From: Thermodesulfobacteriota bacterium
Lineage (GTDB): Bacteria; Desulfobacterota; Desulfarculia; JACQYL01
Direction: 5' to 3'
Length of the DNA stretch: 64,000 bases
NCBI GenBank assembly: GCA_963675595.2
Contig: CAXXLZ010000003.1
Coordinates: forward strand, 96,001 to 160,000
In this document: one piece after another, positions 1 through 8,727 of the stretch
Position numbering within the stretch: the stretch's first letter is position 1
Layout: the number at the start of each line of letters is the position of its first letter
The notes under the pieces: generated by a model
What the model saw: the letters and a program-made list of their open reading frames with translations, nothing else
Databases searched by the model: none
What the model was told of the DNA's origin: nothing
Translations under genes and position numbers: made by a program

Positions 1-3000
1 TCCGCCGCCGGACCGTACCTTGCGGACGTGTTGGCCCGTCTGGGAAGATACGATGAGGCGTTGGGGGTTCTCGATGGAATGCGCGGGGAGCACTCCTGGG
101 ATTCCCGTTACCAGGAGCAATGGGAACGCACGCATCGGGCGCTGAACGATCTGGAGTTCGTAGAGAGATCACGTTATTGCCGGGCGGGATTTCTTGAAAA
201 GGCCGTGGTTCCGGACGGACGTGGAAGTTATCTGGTCGATACACTGGGATTTCCCGGAACGTGGCTTTTCAGCTCGAAAGCGGGAAAATACATCTCCCCC
301 CCGGCTTGTCTCAGGCTCCTCAAGTCCGTGGCTTGGATCTCGGAAGAAACACGGGCCGGCAGGGTAACCCCGAGAGCGATGTCGGAAGGACTAATTGAAT
401 GCAAAGGGTCCGTGAGCATCGTCCCGAGTTCCGACCTATCTAGCCTCAAAGTCGCCTTTGAGAAACAATCGGACGGTTCCCTACACTGGTTCTTCGAAGC
501 GGACCCGAAGGTGTTGAATTGGGAGAGGGAACAACAGCGAGCCGCGCTGCGCGAGGCCCTTGAGAAGGAAGAAATAGCCGTGCTCAAGGCACCGGTGCGG
601 GCTGAGGAGACAGAGGGAACCTCATCCCGAGAATTGCCACGAGTGATGCTGATTTCTCCCGGCCTTGCGTCGGATTATGCGGTGGCGGTCCTGAGAGACC
701 GGCTTATCTCCGAGGGATTTCGTGCGGATGCCGCCTATATTCGCTCCATGAAGCTCCTGGATCGCTATCTGGAGTGGTTTGCGTCGCCCTCGGATTCAGG
801 CGATAAGCCGCCGGATGTTTTCGCCGTTTCCGTGCTGGACGCCGAGATTGAAAGCGTCTGCTACATGATCGCCAATCTTCGGCGAGCCTTTCCCGACAGC
901 AGAATCATCATCGGTGGAGCGTCTTCTCAGACCCCGGAACAACTGGCATCGGTGGTTCCGGACTTCGACGTCATGATCAGAGGCGATGCGGACGAGGCTT
1001 TGGCACGGGTCGCCGCGATTCTGGGATGCACACCTCGTCGCAATGGAGTTTCTCAAGCGCAGTTGGATGAGATCAAAGCCCTTCCGGGGGGCATCGTTCT
1101 CCAGATCGGCAGCCATCGGCTGGTACACGGTCTGGATTACATGAACGTTCCCGCCGAGTACCATCTGCCCGTCCCCCGTGTGAGAAAACATATCTACTAT
1201 TGGCAGACGTCGCGCGGATGTCCGTACGATTGTCGTTTCTGCAACAAGTGGACGGGTCGGAGGTACCACACGGTCGTCCCCTGGGATGACCACGGAGCGC
1301 CGAATAGTCCGCTAGGCCGCAGCGCCTATGCGATGATTGAATTCCTGCTGGGCAGGCTTGCGATGGAGATGCCCTCGGGCATCACTCAGGAGGAGATCAA
1401 GAGGAGACTCGAAGACGGTGTGCGGGATGGGAACATTCAAGGACTTCCCGAGCTCCCGGAGAAAATTTTCATCGTCATCGAGGACGACGATTTCCTCATC
1501 CAACGGGATCGTGTGATCGAATTCTGTAGGCAGGTGGAGGAACTGGGATTACAGCAGTTTTTCGTGTTTTCAGCCATAACGAGCATCAGAACCGTCTTTC
1601 GAGGCGGGGATCAGCCGGATATCGCACTCCTGCACGCGCTACACAAGGCCGGCTTTCAGTCTCTGGACGTGGGTTCCGACGGCTTGAGTCAGAGTACCAT
1701 TGAAGAGAACCAGAAAGGCTACTCGTTGGACAGGCACGTGATTCCCCTCAATCGCCTGGCCAAAGGATTGGGCTTCTTCTGCTTCAACAATACGATCATT
1801 TCGACGCCGTACACCACGCTTCCTCAGCTGATCGAGTCGCTCATCTTCTATGTGGTGTGTCCCTATCCCATCAACACGGCGATTGAGATCGGGATCATGG
1901 GTCACATCGGCAACAAATACACCAACGAGGATTTCGTCAACCAGCAGTACGACTGGACGGACGAACCGGGAAAAGATTTCGGGCATTACCGCCTGATCGA
2001 CAACTACAGGGTTCCCAAGGACTTTCCCGAGTATGCCCTGAACGGGTCTCTCATCATCGGTTACGCGGATCCCAAGGTGCGCGATTTGGTTCTCGAGTTC
2101 CCAAAACAACGTACGGAAGATTTCATTCAGGAGAAACTCTCCCCGGAAGATGTTCGCTCCGTGCTCGAGAGTTGGATCAATCTTCCGGACAGCCGTTCGG
2201 AAACCAAGGCATTGGGATTAACCATTTCGCTGCTCACCCAAGGCCTTCCCTGGAGCAAATTCGGCGCCACCCTGTCCAGGATTAAAGATGAAATGAGCGC
2301 GCTGAACATATCGTCTTTCGTGGACTACTATGATGCCTTGTCCCAAGGGGCCGTTGAAAACGACTCCTTCTATATGAAGACCCGCGAGGCGATGGGTGAA
2401 GCGCTGGAGTCCAAAGAAAAGGGGGATTGGGGAAGAGCGGAGGAGGCGTTTCGAAACCTGACCGAGCGAGTCCCGTGGTACTTCCGTCCACACCGGGAGC
2501 GGATGATCTGCCTGCTGCAACTCGGGCGGTACTCGGAGGCCGTGGAGCACTTCGCCAAGTACCAGCTGATAGATCCCAATCTGCATTTTTACCACTCGTA
2601 TTTTGGACAGGTGCTGAAATCCCTTGGACTCGACGATGCCGTGCGAACCCAACGTGCCATGTTTCACATCCCTCGATATTTCACCATCAGTCCGATCTTT
2701 TATTATCTTGCGTTGATTATGGAGGTCGCTGGGGGTGACGAGGTGCGCGGCTTCGCTTTCCCACCGGTGCATCCGGAACGAATCGAACGGATGTATGATC
2801 TGTTCGACTATCTGACCATCGACCTTATCCGGGGCTGGGTGGAGCCTCGTCGCGAGAGTCTTCGGAAAGACCTTTTGGAAGGTCGAGAGGTGTTGATATG
2901 CGGCGTCCCCGTCAGGTTGGACCTGAACCAACGCTTGTTGATCGTGGACTACGACCGGGTGTCGCCTAATTCCATGAATGAAACGAGGAGTGATCCATGA
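1..3000 (+). CDS. Large B12-binding/radical SAM protein with N- and C-terminal TPR-like repeats (5' end probably outside window)
   Basis: Frame is open from base 1. CxxxCxxC motif TSRGCPYDCRFC is preceded by a cobalamin-binding-like Rossmann segment (DVFAVSVL...IIIGGA...VMIRGDAD). TPR-like helices LARLGRYDEAL and LQLGRYSEAVEHF. Confidence 0.8.
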   Translation, partial: SAAGPYLADVLARLGRYDEALGVLDGMRGEHSWDSRYQEQWERTHRALNDLEFVERSRYCRAGFLEKAVVPDGRGSYLVDTLGFPGTWLFSSKAGKYISPPACLRLLKSVAWISEETRAGRVTPRAMSEGLIECKGSVSIVPSSDLSSLKVAFEKQSDGSLHWFFEADPKVLNWEREQQRAALREALEKEEIAVLKAPVRAEETEGTSSRELPRVMLISPGLASDYAVAVLRDRLISEGFRADAAYIRSMKLLDRYLEWFASPSDSGDKPPDVFAVSVLDAEIESVCYMIANLRRAFPDSRIIIGGASSQTPEQLASVVPDFDVMIRGDADEALARVAAILGCTPRRNGVSQAQLDEIKALPGGIVLQIGSHRLVHGLDYMNVPAEYHLPVPRVRKHIYYWQTSRGCPYDCRFCNKWTGRRYHTVVPWDDHGAPNSPLGRSAYAMIEFLLGRLAMEMPSGITQEEIKRRLEDGVRDGNIQGLPELPEKIFIVIEDDDFLIQRDRVIEFCRQVEELGLQQFFVFSAITSIRTVFRGGDQPDIALLHALHKAGFQSLDVGSDGLSQSTIEENQKGYSLDRHVIPLNRLAKGLGFFCFNNTIISTPYTTLPQLIESLIFYVVCPYPINTAIEIGIMGHIGNKYTNEDFVNQQYDWTDEPGKDFGHYRLIDNYRVPKDFPEYALNGSLIIGYADPKVRDLVLEFPKQRTEDFIQEKLSPEDVRSVLESWINLPDSRSETKALGLTISLLTQGLPWSKFGATLSRIKDEMSALNISSFVDYYDALSQGAVENDSFYMKTREAMGEALESKEKGDWGRAEEAFRNLTERVPWYFRPHRERMICLLQLGRYSEAVEHFAKYQLIDPNLHFYHSYFGQVLKSLGLDDAVRTQRAMFHIPRYFTISPIFYYLALIMEVAGGDEVRGFAFPPVHPERIERMYDLFDYLTIDLIRGWVEPRRESLRKDLLEGREVLICGVPVRLDLNQRLLIVDYDRVSPNSMNETRSDP

Positions 3001-4394
3001 ACCGACCCGGAACGCTTGCGGAACTGCGCGAGGCGGGTGTGACCACCAGATCGATTCGAACCGAACTGCGCTCCAACCTCATCGATCGTATCCGTTCGGG
3101 GGAAGGCATCTTTCCGGGCATTATCGGGTTCGACCAGTCCGTGCTGCCGCAGATCGAGAACGCCGTTCTTTCCGGCCAGGACATGGTGTTGCTTGGGGAA
3201 AGAGGACAGGCAAAGACCCGGCTCATGAGGTCCTTGACCCGGCTTCTCGACGACGAAATTCCCGCCGTGGCCGGCTGTGAACTGCGTGACGATCCGTTCG
3301 ATCCCATTTGTGAACACTGTAAACGAACCATCGAAAAGATGGGGCCTGATACGCCCATCCAATGGGTGAGCCGCGACCTCCGATACACCGAAAAACTGGC
3401 CACGCCCGATGTGACCGTGGCGGACCTCATCGGTGAAGTGGACCCCATCAAGGTGGCCGAGGGACGATACTTGTCCGACGTTTCGACCATACACTATGGT
3501 TTGGTGCCGCGTTCCAACCGGGGTATTTTCGCTTTTAACGAGCTCCCCGATTTGGCGGAGAAGATCCAAGTCGGGCTCTTCAACGTCCTGGAAGAACGCG
3601 ACGTGCAGATCAGAGGGTTCACGGTCCGACTTCCTTTGGACATCTTTTTCGTGGCCAGCGCCAATCCCGAAGACTACACGAATCGCGGGCGGATCATCAC
3701 CCCGCTCAAGGATCGCTTCGGTTCCTGCATTCGTACGCACTATCCGGAATCGAGGGAAGAGGAAATCATCATCATCGATCAAGAGAGGCGGCCGTTTCCC
3801 GAAGAAGACGAGGTTCATGTCCCGAGCTACATGAAGGAAATCATCGCGGAAATATCGAGAAAGGCCAGAAATCATCCCGAGATCGACCAGCGATCTGGTG
3901 TGAGCGTACGAGCATCCATCCACAACATGGAAAATCTGCTTTCCAACGCATTCAGGCGCAGCCTGAAATTCAGCTCGGAGCGTGCCGTTCCACGCATCAG
4001 CGACCTAGCCTACCTCAAGGCATCCTTGTTGGGCAAGATCGAATTCGAAGGTTTTGGAGAACAGCCGGAAGACAAGGTGATTTCGGAAGTGCTCGACCAG
4101 GCGGTGAGGGAAGTGTTCGAGTCATATCGGCGCAATGAGGACTTCAAAACCTTCCTGGCCAATTTCGAGGACTCACGAGAGGTACTGGTGTCGGCGGATT
4201 GGTCGGGCTCACAATATGAGAAGCAAGCGGGATCTCTGGAAGGCGCCGAGGAGGTCTTTGCCCTCGCGGAGGGGAGCGGGCCCGAGGAAAGGGCTTCCGC
4301 TTTGGAGTTCGTACTCGAGGGCCTTCGGCTCAGAGGACAACTGGGCAAAGACGAAATCGCAGGGACGGTCCACTATCATCGCAGCCGGGATTGA
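2997..4394 (+). CDS. Magnesium chelatase ChlI-like / MoxR-type AAA+ ATPase
   Basis: Walker A GERGQAKT, Walker B-like FAFNELPDL, ASANPEDYTNRGRIITPLKDRFG. ATGA overlap with upstream gene. Confidence 0.85.
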   Translation: MNRPGTLAELREAGVTTRSIRTELRSNLIDRIRSGEGIFPGIIGFDQSVLPQIENAVLSGQDMVLLGERGQAKTRLMRSLTRLLDDEIPAVAGCELRDDPFDPICEHCKRTIEKMGPDTPIQWVSRDLRYTEKLATPDVTVADLIGEVDPIKVAEGRYLSDVSTIHYGLVPRSNRGIFAFNELPDLAEKIQVGLFNVLEERDVQIRGFTVRLPLDIFFVASANPEDYTNRGRIITPLKDRFGSCIRTHYPESREEEIIIIDQERRPFPEEDEVHVPSYMKEIIAEISRKARNHPEIDQRSGVSVRASIHNMENLLSNAFRRSLKFSSERAVPRISDLAYLKASLLGKIEFEGFGEQPEDKVISEVLDQAVREVFESYRRNEDFKTFLANFEDSREVLVSADWSGSQYEKQAGSLEGAEEVFALAEGSGPEERASALEFVLEGLRLRGQLGKDEIAGTVHYHRSRD

Positions 4395-4521
4395 AACGAC
4401 CTTTTCTTCTATCCGAGAATACAAGACCTCCGGAATCCCGCGGCCGAGCGAACAAGGGCGAAACGGCCGTTCGGAGCCCCCTGGACAAGTCGTCGTCTTA
4501 GGGTCCAATGTTTGTTCGTAT

Positions 4522-4545
4522 TCACAGGGTCACAGGGTCACAGGG
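4522..4545. repeat. Short tandem repeat (TCACAGGG)x3
   Basis: tcacagggtcacagggtcacaggg read directly. Confidence 0.7.
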
Positions 4546-4675
4546 GGAACGCTCTTACCGCCGGATCCATTGTATGGGCTCCTTCCCGCCTGTACGTGAC
4601 GAAGCCGAACCAGGGAGATTCTTTGCCGATTCAGGAGATGTGAGGAACGTTGGAAATCAGTGAGCAGACCTATCT

Positions 4676-4848
4676 CTCCGAGCCTCTCCGCCGAAGGCGG
4701 TGAGGCCTACTTGAAACGTTTCAAGGGGGGCGCACGGGGGGAACTTTTCTAAAAGTTCCCCCCGTGAATGATTACCAATGTTTTTCTCTTGCTCTTTTCA
4801 AAGTCGTTCAAGCGTGCCTCACCGTCTCCGAGGGAGAGGCTCGCGGAC
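4676..4848. repeat. Composite palindromic REP/MITE-like element
   Basis: Arm gagcctctccgccgaaggcggtgaggcctacttgaaac is an imperfect inverted copy of gttcaagcgtgcctcaccgtctccgagggagaggctc. Central hairpin gggggaacttttctaaaagttccccc. Related to 6078-6160. Confidence 0.6.
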
Positions 4849-4860
4849 GCACCACCGCAT

Positions 4861-5967
4861 TCAGGGTCGTTCCCAAGCCGTGATGCGGTTTCCCTCCTTG
4901 GCCATGGGAATGGAAGAGAACAGCTCGATTTTCGGGAACAGCTCCTCGGTGCGCACGTTTTTCCACCCGGCCGCGGACAGCACGGGAACGATGAACTCCT
5001 CATGGAAATCCCGAGAGTGGCTGGTTACCAGGTATTTCCGGGCCACGTCGAGAAGCTGTGACGGGAACCGCTTGAAATAATAGAGCACACTGGAAGCGAA
5101 AACCAGGTCGAAGGCCCGGTCCATCTGCCGGACGCTTCCCTGGACCACGGTCACTCGATCTCCAAGCCGGGATCGCAACAGCCCCTCGAAACGTTCGTTG
5201 GGCTCGTATGCGGTGATGGAACGTTCCGGGAATTCCTTAACCAAGCGCTCCGTGAACGTGCCGAGGCAGGCTCCCAGTTCCGCCAGGCTTTCCCATTGGA
5301 GAGACCTGATTACCTCCAGTTCCAACACATAGCGTTCCTGATCGTAGCGGGAGGTTTCCACGTCCCAGGGGTTCTCGTCCATGAGGTCCGCGGTGGTCAG
5401 GGCCAGCCACTGGTGTGCGAAGCGGAGCACGTCGGCTCCGTTGAGCCTGCGATACTGCCGAACCCCTCGGATGTCCCTCGCCTGAAGCTTCCGAGCCGAC
5501 AGTCTCGGGCCGTGGAACTCACCGGCAACCTCGACGAGGCGGAAGTAATCGGCATCGTTCAAAAGGTGCGACTCCGTGGCCGGCCCGCCGTCCGCGGCCA
5601 TCCAGACGGTATCGAGATGACGGGCGGCGCTGAAGGAAATGATGCGTCGGAACAGGATAGGGTCGTCCACATCGGGGATGTACACGCGATCATACCCGTG
5701 AATTAGGGGTTTCAGCGCTTGGGATATCTCGAACCAGTCATAGCGCTCCACCGGCATGGCCGCGAGGTTCAATTCTCCGACGATTTTCAGGTTCAAGCGC
5801 CGGCAGGCGTCACGCCAGGCCTTCGCGGATTCCGCATAGGACTGCTCTCGAACCGGATCCGAACAGGCGAGAACCGCGTGCCACTCGGCGTTGTTGTGGG
5901 CCGTGACGGCATTTCCGAACAAAGAGATTTCATCTCCGGGGACCGCGCATAGGATGAGATTTTTCAT
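4861..5967 (-). CDS. Fusion of degenerate PIG-L/LmbE-like domain and NodS-like SAM-dependent methyltransferase
   Basis: N-terminal LCAVPGDE at the HPDDE position. C-terminal ENPWDVETSRYDQERY, ELGACLGTFT, FDLVFASSVLYY as in NodS-type methyltransferases. Confidence 0.65.
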   Translation of the reverse strand: MKNLILCAVPGDEISLFGNAVTAHNNAEWHAVLACSDPVREQSYAESAKAWRDACRRLNLKIVGELNLAAMPVERYDWFEISQALKPLIHGYDRVYIPDVDDPILFRRIISFSAARHLDTVWMAADGGPATESHLLNDADYFRLVEVAGEFHGPRLSARKLQARDIRGVRQYRRLNGADVLRFAHQWLALTTADLMDENPWDVETSRYDQERYVLELEVIRSLQWESLAELGACLGTFTERLVKEFPERSITAYEPNERFEGLLRSRLGDRVTVVQGSVRQMDRAFDLVFASSVLYYFKRFPSQLLDVARKYLVTSHSRDFHEEFIVPVLSAAGWKNVRTEELFPKIELFSSIPMAKEGNRITAWERP

Positions 5968-6077
5968 GAGTCCGATCGCTTATACGACGTGGGTTTGAAG
6001 TCTTCGCCGGCCTGGAGTATCCCATCGGCGGGTGGAATGCGATGAGCGACTGATGTAAGATGCTTATTTTAATTCAT

Positions 6078-6160
6078 GGGGGGGAAACTTTCGAGAAAGT
6101 TTCCCCCCGCCCCCTTCAAAGCTTTTCAAGAATGCGCCACCGCCTTAGGCGGAGCCGGGG
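6078..6160. repeat. Palindromic REP-like element
   Basis: Hairpin ggggggaaactttcgagaaagtttcccccc followed by ccccttcaaagcttttcaag and ccgccttaggcgg; similar to reverse complement of 4676-4765. Confidence 0.6.
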
Positions 6161-6169
6161 GTTTGGCAG

Positions 6170-6229
6170 GGAGCCCGAGGGAACCTTTTTTCAAAAAGGG
6201 TTCCCTCGGATGCCCCTCTGAATACTCAC
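6170..6229. repeat. ~60-bp hairpin direct repeat, copy 1
   Basis: ggagcccgagggaaccttttttcaaaaagggttccctcggatgcccctctgaatactcac; near-identical to 7765-7825. Confidence 0.85.
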
Positions 6230-6304
6230 AAAAGCTTACCTCTGAACCAGTATAGGCAATGATCCGACGCAGGCAAACTCACCGTCGGACAAACGGGAGA
6301 ATGT

Positions 6305-7453
6305 ATGAATCTGGAAACCGGAGTAGAGGTGCTCAGGGGAGGAGACGCGAAAGGCAACGGGATGATCATCCGACTGAGACTGCCCTCGGGCAGGGAGATC
6401 ATCGGAATCGCCACGGAAAACGACTACGGCGGGGAATGGGACCTGGGGCCCACATGGAACTACCTGGTCCGGGGGGACCGGTCATTCCTGGTGGATACGG
6501 GTAATAAGGGGATGGGGCGAAGAATCCTCGACGCCATGGATTATGTGGGGTTTCGTCCGCAAGATCTGGACTTCGTGGTGGTGAGTCACGGGCATGAAGA
6601 TCACGACGGCGGATTGTGCGAGATCGGGCGCTCCACCGGGGCCGACATCGTGGCTCATGAAAACTACGAGCCTTTGATCCGATACTACCCCGGAGAGACG
6701 CCTCCAAGCGCCTTCCCGGACTTTCCCGCTTCCTGCTGGCATTGTCCCATGCCCAGGACCTTTTCGGACACTCACTGTCTGCACTACCACAAAGAGCGAA
6801 GCACGCTGAAGGTCCAACCGATTTCCGGCACGGGAAACGAGCTGTGCCAAGGCGTTCGCGCCTGGCATACCCCGGGACACTGTCCGGATTCCCTGGCGAT
6901 CTTCATCGATAACGAAGCGATTCTTCCGGGAGACACCGTGCTTCCGGACATTACGCCGCTTCCCACTCAGGAGCGGATGTTTCACCTGACCAAAGCGGTA
7001 CTTCCCGACGAATACGCCGAGCCCGACCATATCTACGGCCTTCGAGCCTACCTGCGGACCCTGAAGGGATTGAAGGACGCGACCGCGGACCGTCCGGGAA
7101 TGCTCGTATTGCAGGCTCACCGGCTGTTCTACAATTCCGGATGGAACGAAATTGATCTGAGCCTGCGCGTGGACGAACTGTTCGAACATCACATTCAGCG
7201 CTGTGGAGCCATTCTGGATATTTTGCGGGACGGCCCCAAAACCGCCGAACAAATCTCCCTCGAGTATTTCGAGCCCTCGTTGCTCAAAGGATACGGAATC
7301 CTCCTGGCCGTTGGAGAAATCCTGAGTCACGCCGAACTGCTGTCGTCCTGCGGGGACGTGGTCTTTCTCACCGAAGACAAGGTGGAGGCCACCGGCACTC
7401 GCAATTTCGAATCCCTGATCCGCGATCTTTCTCCGAGAAACGTATCTATTTAA
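6305..7453 (+). CDS. MBL-fold metallo-hydrolase
   Basis: LVDTG, SHGHEDHDGG (HxHxDH), TPGHCPD, PGDTVL motifs. Confidence 0.85.
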   Translation: MNLETGVEVLRGGDAKGNGMIIRLRLPSGREIIGIATENDYGGEWDLGPTWNYLVRGDRSFLVDTGNKGMGRRILDAMDYVGFRPQDLDFVVVSHGHEDHDGGLCEIGRSTGADIVAHENYEPLIRYYPGETPPSAFPDFPASCWHCPMPRTFSDTHCLHYHKERSTLKVQPISGTGNELCQGVRAWHTPGHCPDSLAIFIDNEAILPGDTVLPDITPLPTQERMFHLTKAVLPDEYAEPDHIYGLRAYLRTLKGLKDATADRPGMLVLQAHRLFYNSGWNEIDLSLRVDELFEHHIQRCGAILDILRDGPKTAEQISLEYFEPSLLKGYGILLAVGEILSHAELLSSCGDVVFLTEDKVEATGTRNFESLIRDLSPRNVSI

Positions 7454-7488
7454 GGGTAAGCATTCATTGGGGGAACCCGCCTATTGCA

Positions 7489-7671
7489 GGGGCAGGCCAC
7501 AGTGCCTGCCCATAAGACGGCCGAAGGCCCTCTTTGTCATCCGTGCTCGCCGCGCCGCCGCTCCCCCGGGGAACCCATAGAAAAGTCCCTTCCCTGAAGG
7601 ATTACCCCCCAAACGTGCACGTTCATAGGCTGGTTGGGTTCGGCCCGGGAGCGCCGAGCCCCAGCTCGGCA
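7489..7671. repeat. Small REP-like hairpins
   Basis: gggcaggccacagtgcctgccc and gggagcgccgagccccagctcggc, GC-rich stem-loops resembling REP families. Confidence 0.45.
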
Positions 7672-7764
7672 CCGGCGTTTCGCTTCTGCTGAATCGCCTA
7701 TGCCGTTGGCAAAACGAGCAGCATGTACCGTCCAACAGATTAAGATGCCTGAAGTTTTTAGGAA

Positions 7765-7825
7765 GGAGCCCGAGGGAACCCTTTTTTCAAAAAGGGTTCC
7801 CTCGGATACCCCTCTGAATACTCAC
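7765..7825. repeat. ~60-bp hairpin direct repeat, copy 2
   Basis: Differs from 6170-6229 by one extra C and one G/A substitution. Confidence 0.85.
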
Positions 7826-8027
7826 TTGGGAAGGTCTTTCCGAATCGCCTCTGAACACGTACCTGCAATGAACATCCATCCCGAGTCTTTTTGACTCTTC
7901 TTCCAGGCGCTGATACATGGTATAAGTATGTCTGATCAGCTGAAACGCGGCCATGGACCGCTGAGCCTTGCATCGAACCGCTAATCGGCCTTCGCGAGTG
8001 AAATCCGGCGGCTAAAAAGGGGGACGC

Positions 8028-8675
8028 ATGGAATCGAAGATCGGCAAGATTGTACTCGACAAGCACCAGGACGAACTGATGGGCCATCTGGAAACGTACC
8101 GGGAGCGAGCGTTGGAATTGGGTGCGGACCGTGCCAAGGTCATCCCTGTGAAAGACATCCCCGTGGACGATCGGGTACCGCTCAAGTGTCAGATTCCGAG
8201 ATGCTTCGGTTACGGGACCGGGGCCCATTGTCCTCCGAACACGATCAAGCCGGCGGAACTCAGGGAATATTTCAAACTCTACGACTGGGCGGTGTTTTTC
8301 ACCAAGGACGTGGAGCCGCCGGTCATCGTGCGGGACAAGGAAACCATCCAGGAACGGGTGGCCGTGTATCAGAACGTGTTTGAAATCGTCAACAAGGTGG
8401 AGTCCATGGCGTTCTACGACGGTCACTACCACGCGTTCGGATTCGGAGCGGGTTCGTGCAGACACACGTACTGCGGGCGGGAAAAGACCTGTCAGGCTCT
8501 GGAAGGCGGGAAATGCCGGTTCTCGTTACTTTCGAGACCGTCCATGGAAGCCGTAGGCATCGACGTGTACCGGCTGACCACTTCCCTGGGCTGGGACATC
8601 TATCCCATCGGAAGCAGCGCCCGACCGGAACGCATCGTCAAAGGTACTTTGGCCGGAATTGTGATTGTGCAGTAG
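8028..8675 (+). CDS. DUF2284 family predicted metal-binding protein
   Basis: KCQIPRCFGYGTGAHCPP, GAGSCRHTYC, CRF...RPSMEAVGIDVY; RBS aaggggg upstream. Confidence 0.8.
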   Translation: MESKIGKIVLDKHQDELMGHLETYRERALELGADRAKVIPVKDIPVDDRVPLKCQIPRCFGYGTGAHCPPNTIKPAELREYFKLYDWAVFFTKDVEPPVIVRDKETIQERVAVYQNVFEIVNKVESMAFYDGHYHAFGFGAGSCRHTYCGREKTCQALEGGKCRFSLLSRPSMEAVGIDVYRLTTSLGWDIYPIGSSARPERIVKGTLAGIVIVQ

Positions 8676-8727
8676 GGGGGATGCAAAGGAGGGGTTTGGG
8701 GAGGAGACTACCCGACGGGGAAATACT

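Noticed and set aside
2949-3923. 324-aa minus-strand ORF
   Set aside because: Antisense shadow of the AAA+ ATPase.
6170-7825. Hairpin repeats as a CRISPR array or integron attC sites
   Set aside because: Only two copies 1.6 kb apart, no spacers or cas genes, no RYYYAAC/GTTRRRY ends and no integrase.
7830-8027. Cobalamin or other riboswitch upstream of DUF2284
   Set aside because: No recognisable B12-box or other riboswitch consensus by eye.
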